Below are positions 46,956 to 55,386 of a stretch of 64,000 nucleotides of DNA, in pieces (position 1 is the stretch's first letter; each line of letters begins with the position of its first letter). The translations under genes and the position numbers were made by a program. The stretch covers positions 124,001-188,000 of the IMG/VR virus record IMGVR_UViG_3300037294_000266; one strand, written 5' to 3'. A model generated the notes under the pieces. The model was not told the origin of the DNA. It ran no database searches and saw nothing but the letters and a program-made list of their open reading frames with translations.

Positions 46956-47639
46956 TCACCATTTAAACGAAGCTGGGGTTACAGTGATAGGTTCTCGGAC
47001 ATCAGAACCTATCACTACGACATTTCTAGATTCAACTTTGATCTCGCCTGATTTAGGGTAGATCATCAAGTGAGGAACATTGGAAGCATATCGATGTTTG
47101 CTCGTTTCCCAATCGCTTCTCTTCCGGGCCGCTTTATAAAGCTGTTCGGTCTTACCTTTATTCAAAGAGATTTGTTTCAGTAACAATTCTTTACTGGCGC
47201 CGATCTCACCCCACTCCAACATTTTCGAGTCAATGAGTTCAAACCACATGGCCAAAAGTTTTGGATCGTCACTTACCCAATTATGTTCTTTACTAAATTG
47301 ATCATAGAGAGCTGTCTTTCTAACGCTCTCTACCACGTGAAATAATACATCTCTGTCAAGGACATCTGTATTGACTACATGTTCTATAAGACGATTGCTT
47401 TTAAACCATGCGTGATGATCATCACCAAACAAAGACGCTACCGTCTTAGATGGAATTGGATCGAAGAAGAAGGAGATGTGTTGGTCGTAGGGCGGGTCGG
47501 TAATGTCTGGTATCTTAACGGGTCGTCGATTACCGGAGGCAGCATATTTGGTTAATAGACTACGTCTGATTTCTGGAGAGTAATGGTAAATGAGCACGAT
47601 GCCTATCTCCTCGTTGCCTATAGAGTTACAGTGAATCAA
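46956..47639 (-). CDS. Conserved phage hypothetical protein (YHYS...HISFFFDPIP), AT-rich
   Basis: 227 aa from a TTG start (uncertain); ends YASNVPHLMIYP. Confidence 0.7.
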   Translation of the reverse strand: MIHCNSIGNEEIGIVLIYHYSPEIRRSLLTKYAASGNRRPVKIPDITDPPYDQHISFFFDPIPSKTVASLFGDDHHAWFKSNRLIEHVVNTDVLDRDVLFHVVESVRKTALYDQFSKEHNWVSDDPKLLAMWFELIDSKMLEWGEIGASKELLLKQISLNKGKTEQLYKAARKRSDWETSKHRYASNVPHLMIYPKSGEIKVESRNVVVIGSDVREPITVTPASFKW

Positions 47640-47962
47640 AATAAAAAACGTCAGCTTAGTGCTGACTGTTAAACTACTGTAGTAATAAATTACATGGTAG
47701 ACATATCACGTGTACCGTCTTCTAAAAACCTATATAGAGAGGCTTCGCCTCTCAGAAGAGCTCGTGCTACGCCTGTCCTACAGACAGTCTCCACACACAG
47801 ACATTACCCTTCCTACTCCTACCCCCAGATTAATTCCTCACTACGTTCGTCATTAATCTTACCCCCTTCCTCTTCCTTCCCGAGAAAACAGATAAGACTC
47901 GCATACAATACCAAAACGGACAAAAAAAGAAAGAGGAGAGAGCATTACCTCCCTCCATTTCT

Positions 47963-48376
47963 TCAATGGTACGTAGACAGCATGAGTACTTCAGTTTTAC
48001 GAAATACAGCAATGAGTTTCTCAGGATCAAGACCACGAGCAATTGGACAATGCAGCATCTGACCAGATGCCCGATCGACAATCTCTCCCATCAGAGACCC
48101 TTGGTGTACTGAGATGAAGTAACTCAGATTGGCTTCACTGAGGGTTTGGTGAATATCAGCCCTGTGGACTGAGATAGTGCGTACTAGGTCGTCCAGATCA
48201 GCTATCGGTAACGCGGGATCAAGACCACACACCAACTGCGTAAGGTCCCAGACAGCATCGCGGCAACGGTCTCCAAATACAGACTGTTCCTCTTCAGTCT
48301 TCCCACCTTCAGTAAGGACGAGTTCATTTACATTCTGGATGATGTTATTGATGTTCATCCGTTTCATTTCATTCAT
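47963..48376 (-). CDS. Hypothetical protein
   Basis: 137 aa, AGGA RBS, followed by a terminator-like hairpin at about 47922-47958. Confidence 0.65.
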   Translation of the reverse strand: MNEMKRMNINNIIQNVNELVLTEGGKTEEEQSVFGDRCRDAVWDLTQLVCGLDPALPIADLDDLVRTISVHRADIHQTLSEANLSYFISVHQGSLMGEIVDRASGQMLHCPIARGLDPEKLIAVFRKTEVLMLSTYH

Positions 48377-48476
48377 CGGTACTGTCCTACAAAAAAAAGA
48401 TCCATCACCGGCTGGTCATTAAATGACAAGGGGGTGTCAACGACCAGCTTAGGGGTCGGTGATGGATCAAAGGTTA

Positions 48477-49073
48477 TTACACGTCAAAGGTGATGTAAAA
48501 GGTAGGAGTCATGCCGCCAACAGGAAAATGTAATTCCTCTTTCGGCTTAGGGAGGTCAAGCATCCCAGACACACCGTTTACAAAATCGATAGAACGTTGA
48601 TTACGGCTGGCGAACATCGGCTTATGTTCACGCACACCACGATTCATCTTGGAAGCATTGAGGCCGATGGAAACCTTGCCTTCGCATTTGTCGTATGCAG
48701 CTACGACACCGATTTCTTCCAAGGTATCAAAGACTGTAAATAGTTCGCCAGCGGCATGTGCTTTACGAATCTCTTCGACGATCAATGGGTATGCAGGATG
48801 TTCGTACATCTTGGCCCGGAACTCGCACTGAAGAGTACATTCTTCAGTATCACTGGCCAGCGTGCGAACACGACTGGTGAGAGTACCCACGACAGGCTTA
48901 GACGGAGTGATCGGATTCGACGCTACTGTCACTACACGGCAAGCCAGTATGCTGTTGTCTTCATTCATCACGCGTTCCAATTCCTTGTCGTCAATGTCCA
49001 CTTGAAAGAGGTCGGCTACGTTGGTTGCAAGAGTAGCAAAAATCGGATGTGCTTTGAGGTGGTTCATGGTCAA
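48477..49073 (-). CDS. Hypothetical protein
   Basis: 198 aa, AAGGA RBS, promoter-like TACATGAT at 49112-49119. Confidence 0.75.
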   Translation of the reverse strand: MTMNHLKAHPIFATLATNVADLFQVDIDDKELERVMNEDNSILACRVVTVASNPITPSKPVVGTLTSRVRTLASDTEECTLQCEFRAKMYEHPAYPLIVEEIRKAHAAGELFTVFDTLEEIGVVAAYDKCEGKVSIGLNASKMNRGVREHKPMFASRNQRSIDFVNGVSGMLDLPKPKEELHFPVGGMTPTFYITFDV

Positions 49074-49202
49074 TTCCTTACGCCATTGGTTATGTTGTTT
49101 TACTCACCCTTATCATGTATCGTTGTAATTTATTCGATTTAACTAAAACTGAAGCCGTATCGCTATGATACTTGGCCTACTGTCTTCAACAGGATATACG
49201 TT

Positions 49203-50462
49203 ATGTCAGCCAACCAACCGACTGTAAAGTCTCTGTTTGATGAGGCCTGCAAGCACGTCGTGCTCGACCGTACCTTCATTCGGCGACTCCAAACATACCG
49301 TCAGAATTTCGCTAACAAGAATGACGAACACGTCGCTTTCTTTGGCGGTAACTTGATGGGAGTTCAAGATGTACGTTTTACAAAGACTGATCGATTGGAA
49401 TGGTTCGCTAACATTCTCGATATCGATGACGTGTCGTTACAAGAAGATCTTTACACCCTCAGCACCCTTGTCCCCGATCCAGCGAAGATCCGGTTCGTAT
49501 CTACCGATGTGATGAACCTGTCATGTCTGTGGATTGTCCACGCTATCCATGCATCGAAACTCAGCGCTGCCGATAAACACCAGGGCATCATTGATACGTT
49601 GCTTATTCTCGAATATAAGTTCATCACTTCTATTCTGGCGTACTGGTTTCCACACCGAGCTGATGAAGCTGTGGCGGTGGCGACCTATGCTCGTCTGCCT
49701 AAGAAATACAAGCTGAAGGAGTTGGGTAGTTGGGGAGCTTTGCTAAACTATCGTGCAGAAGCCACGATCGCCAACGATTCACCTCATGTCAAGAACAAGA
49801 CCGTAGAGCGGTTTGACGACGACTTAAACATCGTCTACATGGTCAATGACATACAAGGTCGGATCAAAGGCTACCTGAAGAACATCCGCGACGTATTTGA
49901 AATAGTGCGCCGTGATCCCAGTGCATTGATTCGCAGTACATCCAACACCACGTTGAATATCGATGGTGAAGTGGTCGTCAAGAACCGTAAGAACGTGTAT
50001 TCCACGTATCGTCGGTACCTTGAAGAAGTTATGTCAGACCGCAATAGCTTCATCATTCCAGAGCTGGCTGAGATTGTGGCAGGCGTGATGCCTAAGCTTC
50101 CATACCACAACATGCAGCAGTGTCTTGAATACATCACAAAGAACTCTTCCAAATTGAAGGGCGACCCTAATGTACTCAAGCTGGCCGACTTGACGCTAGA
50201 GCATCTGTTTGACTTCATCGCATCTAACCGAAACACAATCTCCACACGTGACATTGCAGGTCTGTTGAATAAGCTTTGTAATCTCTACAAAGCGTCTCGT
50301 GCCAACAACGACCTGTTGTTAGGAATGCGTGATGTGGGCGAGAAGGTGGTTCGTAAAGCGGTGAAGACTAAGAACGCTAACCTGGTCTCATCAATCCGGA
50401 CGGGTGTTGTTTTGTACATTGTAGCTCGTACCATCACAATGAACTACTATCGGAAGAGCTGA
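49203..50462 (+). CDS. Conserved phiKZ-like virion structural protein
   Basis: 419 aa, CAGGA RBS, upstream TATG late-promoter motif; FFGGNLMGV conserved-looking motif. Confidence 0.7.
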   Translation: MSANQPTVKSLFDEACKHVVLDRTFIRRLQTYRQNFANKNDEHVAFFGGNLMGVQDVRFTKTDRLEWFANILDIDDVSLQEDLYTLSTLVPDPAKIRFVSTDVMNLSCLWIVHAIHASKLSAADKHQGIIDTLLILEYKFITSILAYWFPHRADEAVAVATYARLPKKYKLKELGSWGALLNYRAEATIANDSPHVKNKTVERFDDDLNIVYMVNDIQGRIKGYLKNIRDVFEIVRRDPSALIRSTSNTTLNIDGEVVVKNRKNVYSTYRRYLEEVMSDRNSFIIPELAEIVAGVMPKLPYHNMQQCLEYITKNSSKLKGDPNVLKLADLTLEHLFDFIASNRNTISTRDIAGLLNKLCNLYKASRANNDLLLGMRDVGEKVVRKAVKTKNANLVSSIRTGVVLYIVARTITMNYYRKS

Positions 50463-50463
50463 T

Positions 50464-51333
50464 ATGGTCACTGTTGAAACTTATTTGCGTCAGCAGTACG
50501 CCAATGAATATTCAGAGCCGTCAATGGAGTCTGGCCTGGAAGAGATGTTTGGGAAGTTCATGATGCCCAGTCTCTTCTCAGCAGCTCCTCTTTCATCCGG
50601 TCCATGGAACGATCCGTCTAAGGTCAATAAGCTTACAGTAGAATTTCTTAAACGTGCTCGGTACAAGGAGGTTGATGTATCGTTCCAGACACCGGTCGGT
50701 TCGTGGCTTTGGCAAGCCGGACAACCCCTGTCGTTCGAGGAAGTAATTGTCTCGCTGAATGCCGAACTGCTCACCTACGTGAATCTCATGAATACGGCAT
50801 GGCCAATCATTCGTGAGTATACTCGCTGGGCAGTGCATGTAACGAACTCTATTGAGACTGCCAATCTAGATGAACAAATGACTCGCCGTCCTAAAACAGT
50901 GGCTGAGGTGTTTGCTAATTTAGAGATAGGTTTCATTGGAATGGAAGGGCGTCGTCCACTGACCGTCTCTGTGCCCTTTAAAGACGATGTTCTGACCACC
51001 CTCAGGATACAGCAACGTCCAGACCATAAAGCTTACAACTACATGATTCAACTTGACGCAGATAAGGCCATTAAGTTGTTTGATCTGATCAATCAATTTG
51101 ATCGGCTTGCTTCGGGGATAGATGACAAGTTCATTTACTTCTCCAGAACAATCGAGCGCCTTAAATCGTTCCGAGAACTGGCACGTACTGACGAACCAGA
51201 TCATCCGATCTATAAGTTCCTTGACCGTGAGATGATGGGTGTGTTTAACCATGATCTACATTGCGCTATGTTCAATCGAGCAACATCAATTAGCAATCAT
51301 CTTCGGATGCAGATTTACTGTAGCGCAGACTGA
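50464..51333 (+). CDS. Hypothetical (possibly virion) protein
   Basis: 289 aa, coupled to the upstream gene. An SMESGLE motif near the N-terminus resembles prohead-protease sites. Confidence 0.7.
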   Translation: MVTVETYLRQQYANEYSEPSMESGLEEMFGKFMMPSLFSAAPLSSGPWNDPSKVNKLTVEFLKRARYKEVDVSFQTPVGSWLWQAGQPLSFEEVIVSLNAELLTYVNLMNTAWPIIREYTRWAVHVTNSIETANLDEQMTRRPKTVAEVFANLEIGFIGMEGRRPLTVSVPFKDDVLTTLRIQQRPDHKAYNYMIQLDADKAIKLFDLINQFDRLASGIDDKFIYFSRTIERLKSFRELARTDEPDHPIYKFLDREMMGVFNHDLHCAMFNRATSISNHLRMQIYCSAD

Positions 51334-51336
51334 CGA

Positions 51337-51368
51337 CATACAGGCCGGGCATTAGCCCGGCCTGTATG
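51337..51368. terminator. Bidirectional hairpin between convergent genes
   Basis: 14-bp perfect stem CATACAGGCCGGGC with ATTA loop. Confidence 0.75.
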
Positions 51369-51373
51369 CTGAC

Positions 51374-53629
51374 TTACCGCATGACAACAGCTCCAGCCAT
51401 CTCCGAACGACGTGCATATCGAATTGAACCAAGATCAAGAGGTTTGTCGATGTTCATTGCACGACCAGGTCCGAATGAACGGTTGTTAATGGTCTTCAAC
51501 TCCCGACTGTTTTCTTTGATCTGATCCATGCTGGCAATGCCATCCATATTGAACTCATCGGTGATCTGAGACACTAACAGATCAAGACGATGCTGCATCT
51601 TAATCCGCTCGTACACCCCACGCTCACTTTTAAGTTTCTCACCCAGTTGAGTGATCTCATCACGAAGTGCCTGTTGCTTATCGTACTTACGTTGCTCATC
51701 CCAAGACAACTTGTGCTCGGCCTCATAGACACGACGTTTCACTTCACTGAGTGTAATGCCATAGTGCTCAAGGTTACGAGCGTATGTCAGGAACCAGTGA
51801 CATAGCAACCAGCTGATTACATGGTCATCGTGACCAGACTGATCGTGATCAATACGACCATTACGTTCTACCAAGCGAGAGATCTCTCCCTGCAACTTAG
51901 AATCTCGTACCAGACTGCCTGTCTTCTTAGCAGCTTCTTGCAATACTGGACCGTAGATGATGTCCCGAAGATCTTTGTTTGTCGGGAACCCGAAGTACTT
52001 GCGGTACGACCGGTAATTATCGCGACAGCCAATGAACTCGTTATACCGCTTACGATCAGAAGAGGATTCGTCACTCACATCCACCAGCGTAGCGTAGATA
52101 CGTCGTGCAGGATCGACCTTGTAGTTTGGCAGTGTCAACAACAATGTATCCAAGATCCCAATCCATGTAGACTTGGCTTCTGGGACAATGGTCATCTTCG
52201 GATACTTGACAATCACCTTACCCAACCACATGGCAAACGCCGTTAGGTTAGAATCGTTAATAGTCCAACACCCAACAACTTCCAACGTACTGTTGTCCAA
52301 GATCACACCTGTGATGTTATCTCGACCTACCGCGTTAGACGTATCGACACCCATGACCATTTCACGGTTGGGGATGCCTGCATCCACTTCAGCCTTAGGA
52401 ATGTACCATCGGATGGAGTAATGTTCGTCCTTGTCGATCTCAAGATACGACGGTTTCATGATACTGCCGTGGATCTTACGCAACGTGTCCTTTGACAACG
52501 GGTTGCGGGCGTTACCTGACGTCCACTCATTCAAGAAGTCGCGTCTTACCTCATCACCTGTCTGACGAGATTCAGCAATCTTCTTCCTGAGCCACGCATC
52601 ACTGAAACCAAGCTGTTGGTGGTTGAACGTACCGTTGATCAAGATAGCTTCTTTGTTACGACATTGTTTCTTCACGACCTCGTACAATTCTTTCTGATCG
52701 TGACAATCGTAGAAGGCATCATTCCACTCGGCACCACCTGTCATCAGGTCGTATGCATACGCTCCTTCAGTGGTATCCAATTCACCAGCGGTGGTAGTAA
52801 AGATGTTACCGTACGGCAGGCCGTTGAGCTCTGCTTCCTCACGAGCAGCACCACCACCCGCAAGCATTACACCCAACGAAATGTGTACGTTCTTAAGGAA
52901 TGCTATTTCATCCGTGTGACTGTGAGGTGTGGTCAGACCACGACCTAAGTTACGCGCTGCCTCTTCATCCTTCTGAGGAATGTACACCACCATGCGGTTA
53001 CCCTGAGACATGTTGGTGAATTCTTTCTGGTTGTCTGTATCTTTCTTGACAGTGTTAACCAGATACTTCGGCAGAAGGTTACGAAGTTTCTTGAGACGTG
53101 CAATGTGTTCTTTAAACAAGTCACCCTTGGTGAACAAGTTAGAACGGGAGTTACGTGCACCAAATACCTGGTACCATACTGAGATACCGTCAGAATTCAA
53201 GGACTTACCTGTCTGACGAATCTGTACAAGAAAATAGTCGATGTGGTTAAGGAAACACCACCACAAAGAAATGTTACCTCGGTTAGCATTGAGCTTAACC
53301 GGATTGTCACCAGCCGCAGGTGGCACCCTCATGACTTCTCGGATGAAGTACCATGGATTGAACGTACACTCGATCTTGACCTTAAGCTTCATTGCATCAC
53401 TGAGCAACGGGTCGTGAGGATTCACCCCCTGAAGATCAGGCTGCATCAAGGTCAACATGAACTTGTGATTTTCAATGCCCATGGTCTCGAGCAAGCCGGC
53501 AAATTCCAAGAATGATTTGTTGGGAGTCTTAAGATCCCAAATGGCAGTTGGGTATCGCTCCCAATCGCGTTTGAACAATACCGTTTCCATGGATGTCTCC
53601 TGGATATAATGAGACCTTGCCGACAGCAC
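51374..53629 (-). CDS. terL: Terminase large subunit
   Basis: Walker A RQTGKS, Walker B TDEIAF, motif III TTT, nuclease GVDTS and HDDHVISW. Confidence 0.93.
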   Translation of the reverse strand: MLSARSHYIQETSMETVLFKRDWERYPTAIWDLKTPNKSFLEFAGLLETMGIENHKFMLTLMQPDLQGVNPHDPLLSDAMKLKVKIECTFNPWYFIREVMRVPPAAGDNPVKLNANRGNISLWWCFLNHIDYFLVQIRQTGKSLNSDGISVWYQVFGARNSRSNLFTKGDLFKEHIARLKKLRNLLPKYLVNTVKKDTDNQKEFTNMSQGNRMVVYIPQKDEEAARNLGRGLTTPHSHTDEIAFLKNVHISLGVMLAGGGAAREEAELNGLPYGNIFTTTAGELDTTEGAYAYDLMTGGAEWNDAFYDCHDQKELYEVVKKQCRNKEAILINGTFNHQQLGFSDAWLRKKIAESRQTGDEVRRDFLNEWTSGNARNPLSKDTLRKIHGSIMKPSYLEIDKDEHYSIRWYIPKAEVDAGIPNREMVMGVDTSNAVGRDNITGVILDNSTLEVVGCWTINDSNLTAFAMWLGKVIVKYPKMTIVPEAKSTWIGILDTLLLTLPNYKVDPARRIYATLVDVSDESSSDRKRYNEFIGCRDNYRSYRKYFGFPTNKDLRDIIYGPVLQEAAKKTGSLVRDSKLQGEISRLVERNGRIDHDQSGHDDHVISWLLCHWFLTYARNLEHYGITLSEVKRRVYEAEHKLSWDEQRKYDKQQALRDEITQLGEKLKSERGVYERIKMQHRLDLLVSQITDEFNMDGIASMDQIKENSRELKTINNRSFGPGRAMNIDKPLDLGSIRYARRSEMAGAVVMR

Positions 53630-53668
53630 ACTGGACTGCCAGGTTTCCCCAGCAGTCCAGTGCGTCTA

Positions 53669-55345
53669 TCAGTTACTCTGTTCGACAGCCAGGCCAGTAA
53701 CCCCGAGTTGGAGTTGTGAGTTGGCTGTTTCGCGAAGCCACCGGATGTAGATGGTTTCGCCTTCAGCAGCGTCATTCAAGATCGGGAATTCCTGATCCCA
53801 TGCTGCTACACTGAACTGGTACTCGCGAGTCTTTGTGTGAATCACGAAGTGAGTCGGTTCAGGTGCTGACACTTCAGTAGTGTCATCGAACAGATGATTG
53901 AGAGGGTAGTACAGCTTGTTCAGCCAATCGCCGATGTCAAGCGCACCGACCTTCAGGTCGAGGTAAGAAAGGTTGACGTTGACAAAGCGGTTCTTAGCAG
54001 CTTTACCGGCACCGAAGAATTTCGCTTGGGCTGGATCGCATTTAACTTGCCACTTGTCGCCTGGTTCGGTGCCGGCCTTCGACACCACGATTTCAACAGA
54101 CTGAACATGCTTGTAGTTTGGCAGGATCGTGTCCACATTACTCAGCTCAACACCAAACTTCAGGCGCTGCAAAGTAGTGAAGTCTTGACCGTCGAACGGC
54201 ACTTCATTGTCTGGGATTTCCACAACACTGCGTGGTACGCGATAATACACGTCACGGTCAATATTGAAAAGCCAGAAATCCAGATCGTAACGCCCTGCTG
54301 GAGAGTTCCAGGTAGGGAAGGCGTATAGACGCACACTATAAGCACCATCAGCCGCAACAGCACGAATAGTGAATGGCGCAGCAATTGCGCCATTTTCAGT
54401 CACACCATGTACCAGCGAGTATTCGTCTTCACTCAGGCGATAAGCCAAGGTCAGGTCTTTCGGATATGCTTGGATGGTCGGTGAGTACCAGATAAGTCCA
54501 TGGAGACTCATCTTACCCGTACCGTCCAAGATCACTGGGATTTCCATCTCTTCACCAGTGTTGTACCGAACGACGCCAGTCATTACCGCTGTTTTAAGGT
54601 CGATATTGATTGGCACAACCAACTGACTTGGATCGGCTTCTGACAAATACGGGCTGCGTAGACCGATAGACACCACTTGCTTCAACCCTGCGGCCGTACG
54701 GCGCACCAGGGCGGTGTTCTGCACCAACATCGATGCATGGCTCAGCATGTGACCGTCTGCGCTGTACAGGACGACTGTGACAACCTCGCCGTCATGCATG
54801 CGCCGGTTGGTATTGCCAGCAGCCGGTGCCCAGATGGCCCAGTTGTTGATGTCGTCATGACCTACGTGTTCGAGACCAATGTTCTCGCCTACAAATTCGC
54901 CAGACGGGGTGTAACTTGCGCTGACCAAGGTACCGTTAGCTGTAAGATCAGTGCCAAGGAAAACCTTGTAGTAATCTGCATCACTGCGATACAAATGTAA
55001 CCGCCCGTCGATCTGCATCGAGTAAGGCATTTGGCGGGTGTCAACATAGACACGCCAAGTTTCACGTTGATCGGCAGTACCTACGCCTAACAACGAATCC
55101 ACGATCACGTTATTCTGAGTGATGTTAGGAAGTTGCCAAGGAATGTACGTGCACCGGCCAGTGGTGATGTCGATCGTAGTGACCAGATACCAACCAGAAA
55201 TCAGATCAATGATCAGATCATTTACATTGGGACAATAAAGCCCTGTGCCTGGCAGACCTGTAAAGATCTGGTTCATGAACCAGATCCGTTGTTCCGCTTC
55301 AAGGTCGACTATACCGACCTGAGGAATGTCTTGAACAGTACTCAT
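53669..55345 (-). CDS. Virion structural protein (phiKZ gp26 position, baseplate-associated)
   Basis: 558 aa, beta-rich, synteny with terminase and sheath. Confidence 0.7.
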   Translation of the reverse strand: MSTVQDIPQVGIVDLEAEQRIWFMNQIFTGLPGTGLYCPNVNDLIIDLISGWYLVTTIDITTGRCTYIPWQLPNITQNNVIVDSLLGVGTADQRETWRVYVDTRQMPYSMQIDGRLHLYRSDADYYKVFLGTDLTANGTLVSASYTPSGEFVGENIGLEHVGHDDINNWAIWAPAAGNTNRRMHDGEVVTVVLYSADGHMLSHASMLVQNTALVRRTAAGLKQVVSIGLRSPYLSEADPSQLVVPINIDLKTAVMTGVVRYNTGEEMEIPVILDGTGKMSLHGLIWYSPTIQAYPKDLTLAYRLSEDEYSLVHGVTENGAIAAPFTIRAVAADGAYSVRLYAFPTWNSPAGRYDLDFWLFNIDRDVYYRVPRSVVEIPDNEVPFDGQDFTTLQRLKFGVELSNVDTILPNYKHVQSVEIVVSKAGTEPGDKWQVKCDPAQAKFFGAGKAAKNRFVNVNLSYLDLKVGALDIGDWLNKLYYPLNHLFDDTTEVSAPEPTHFVIHTKTREYQFSVAAWDQEFPILNDAAEGETIYIRWLRETANSQLQLGVTGLAVEQSN

Positions 55346-55386
55346 CTATTCATCACGGGGGATGTACCCCCGTGCTCCCGAGTCAG

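Noticed and set aside
47694-48081. 122-aa (+) and 83-aa (-) ORFs across the structured non-coding region
   Set aside because: Ser/Pro/Arg-rich or hydrophobic junk composition, no RBS, and overlap with a terminator and a real gene.
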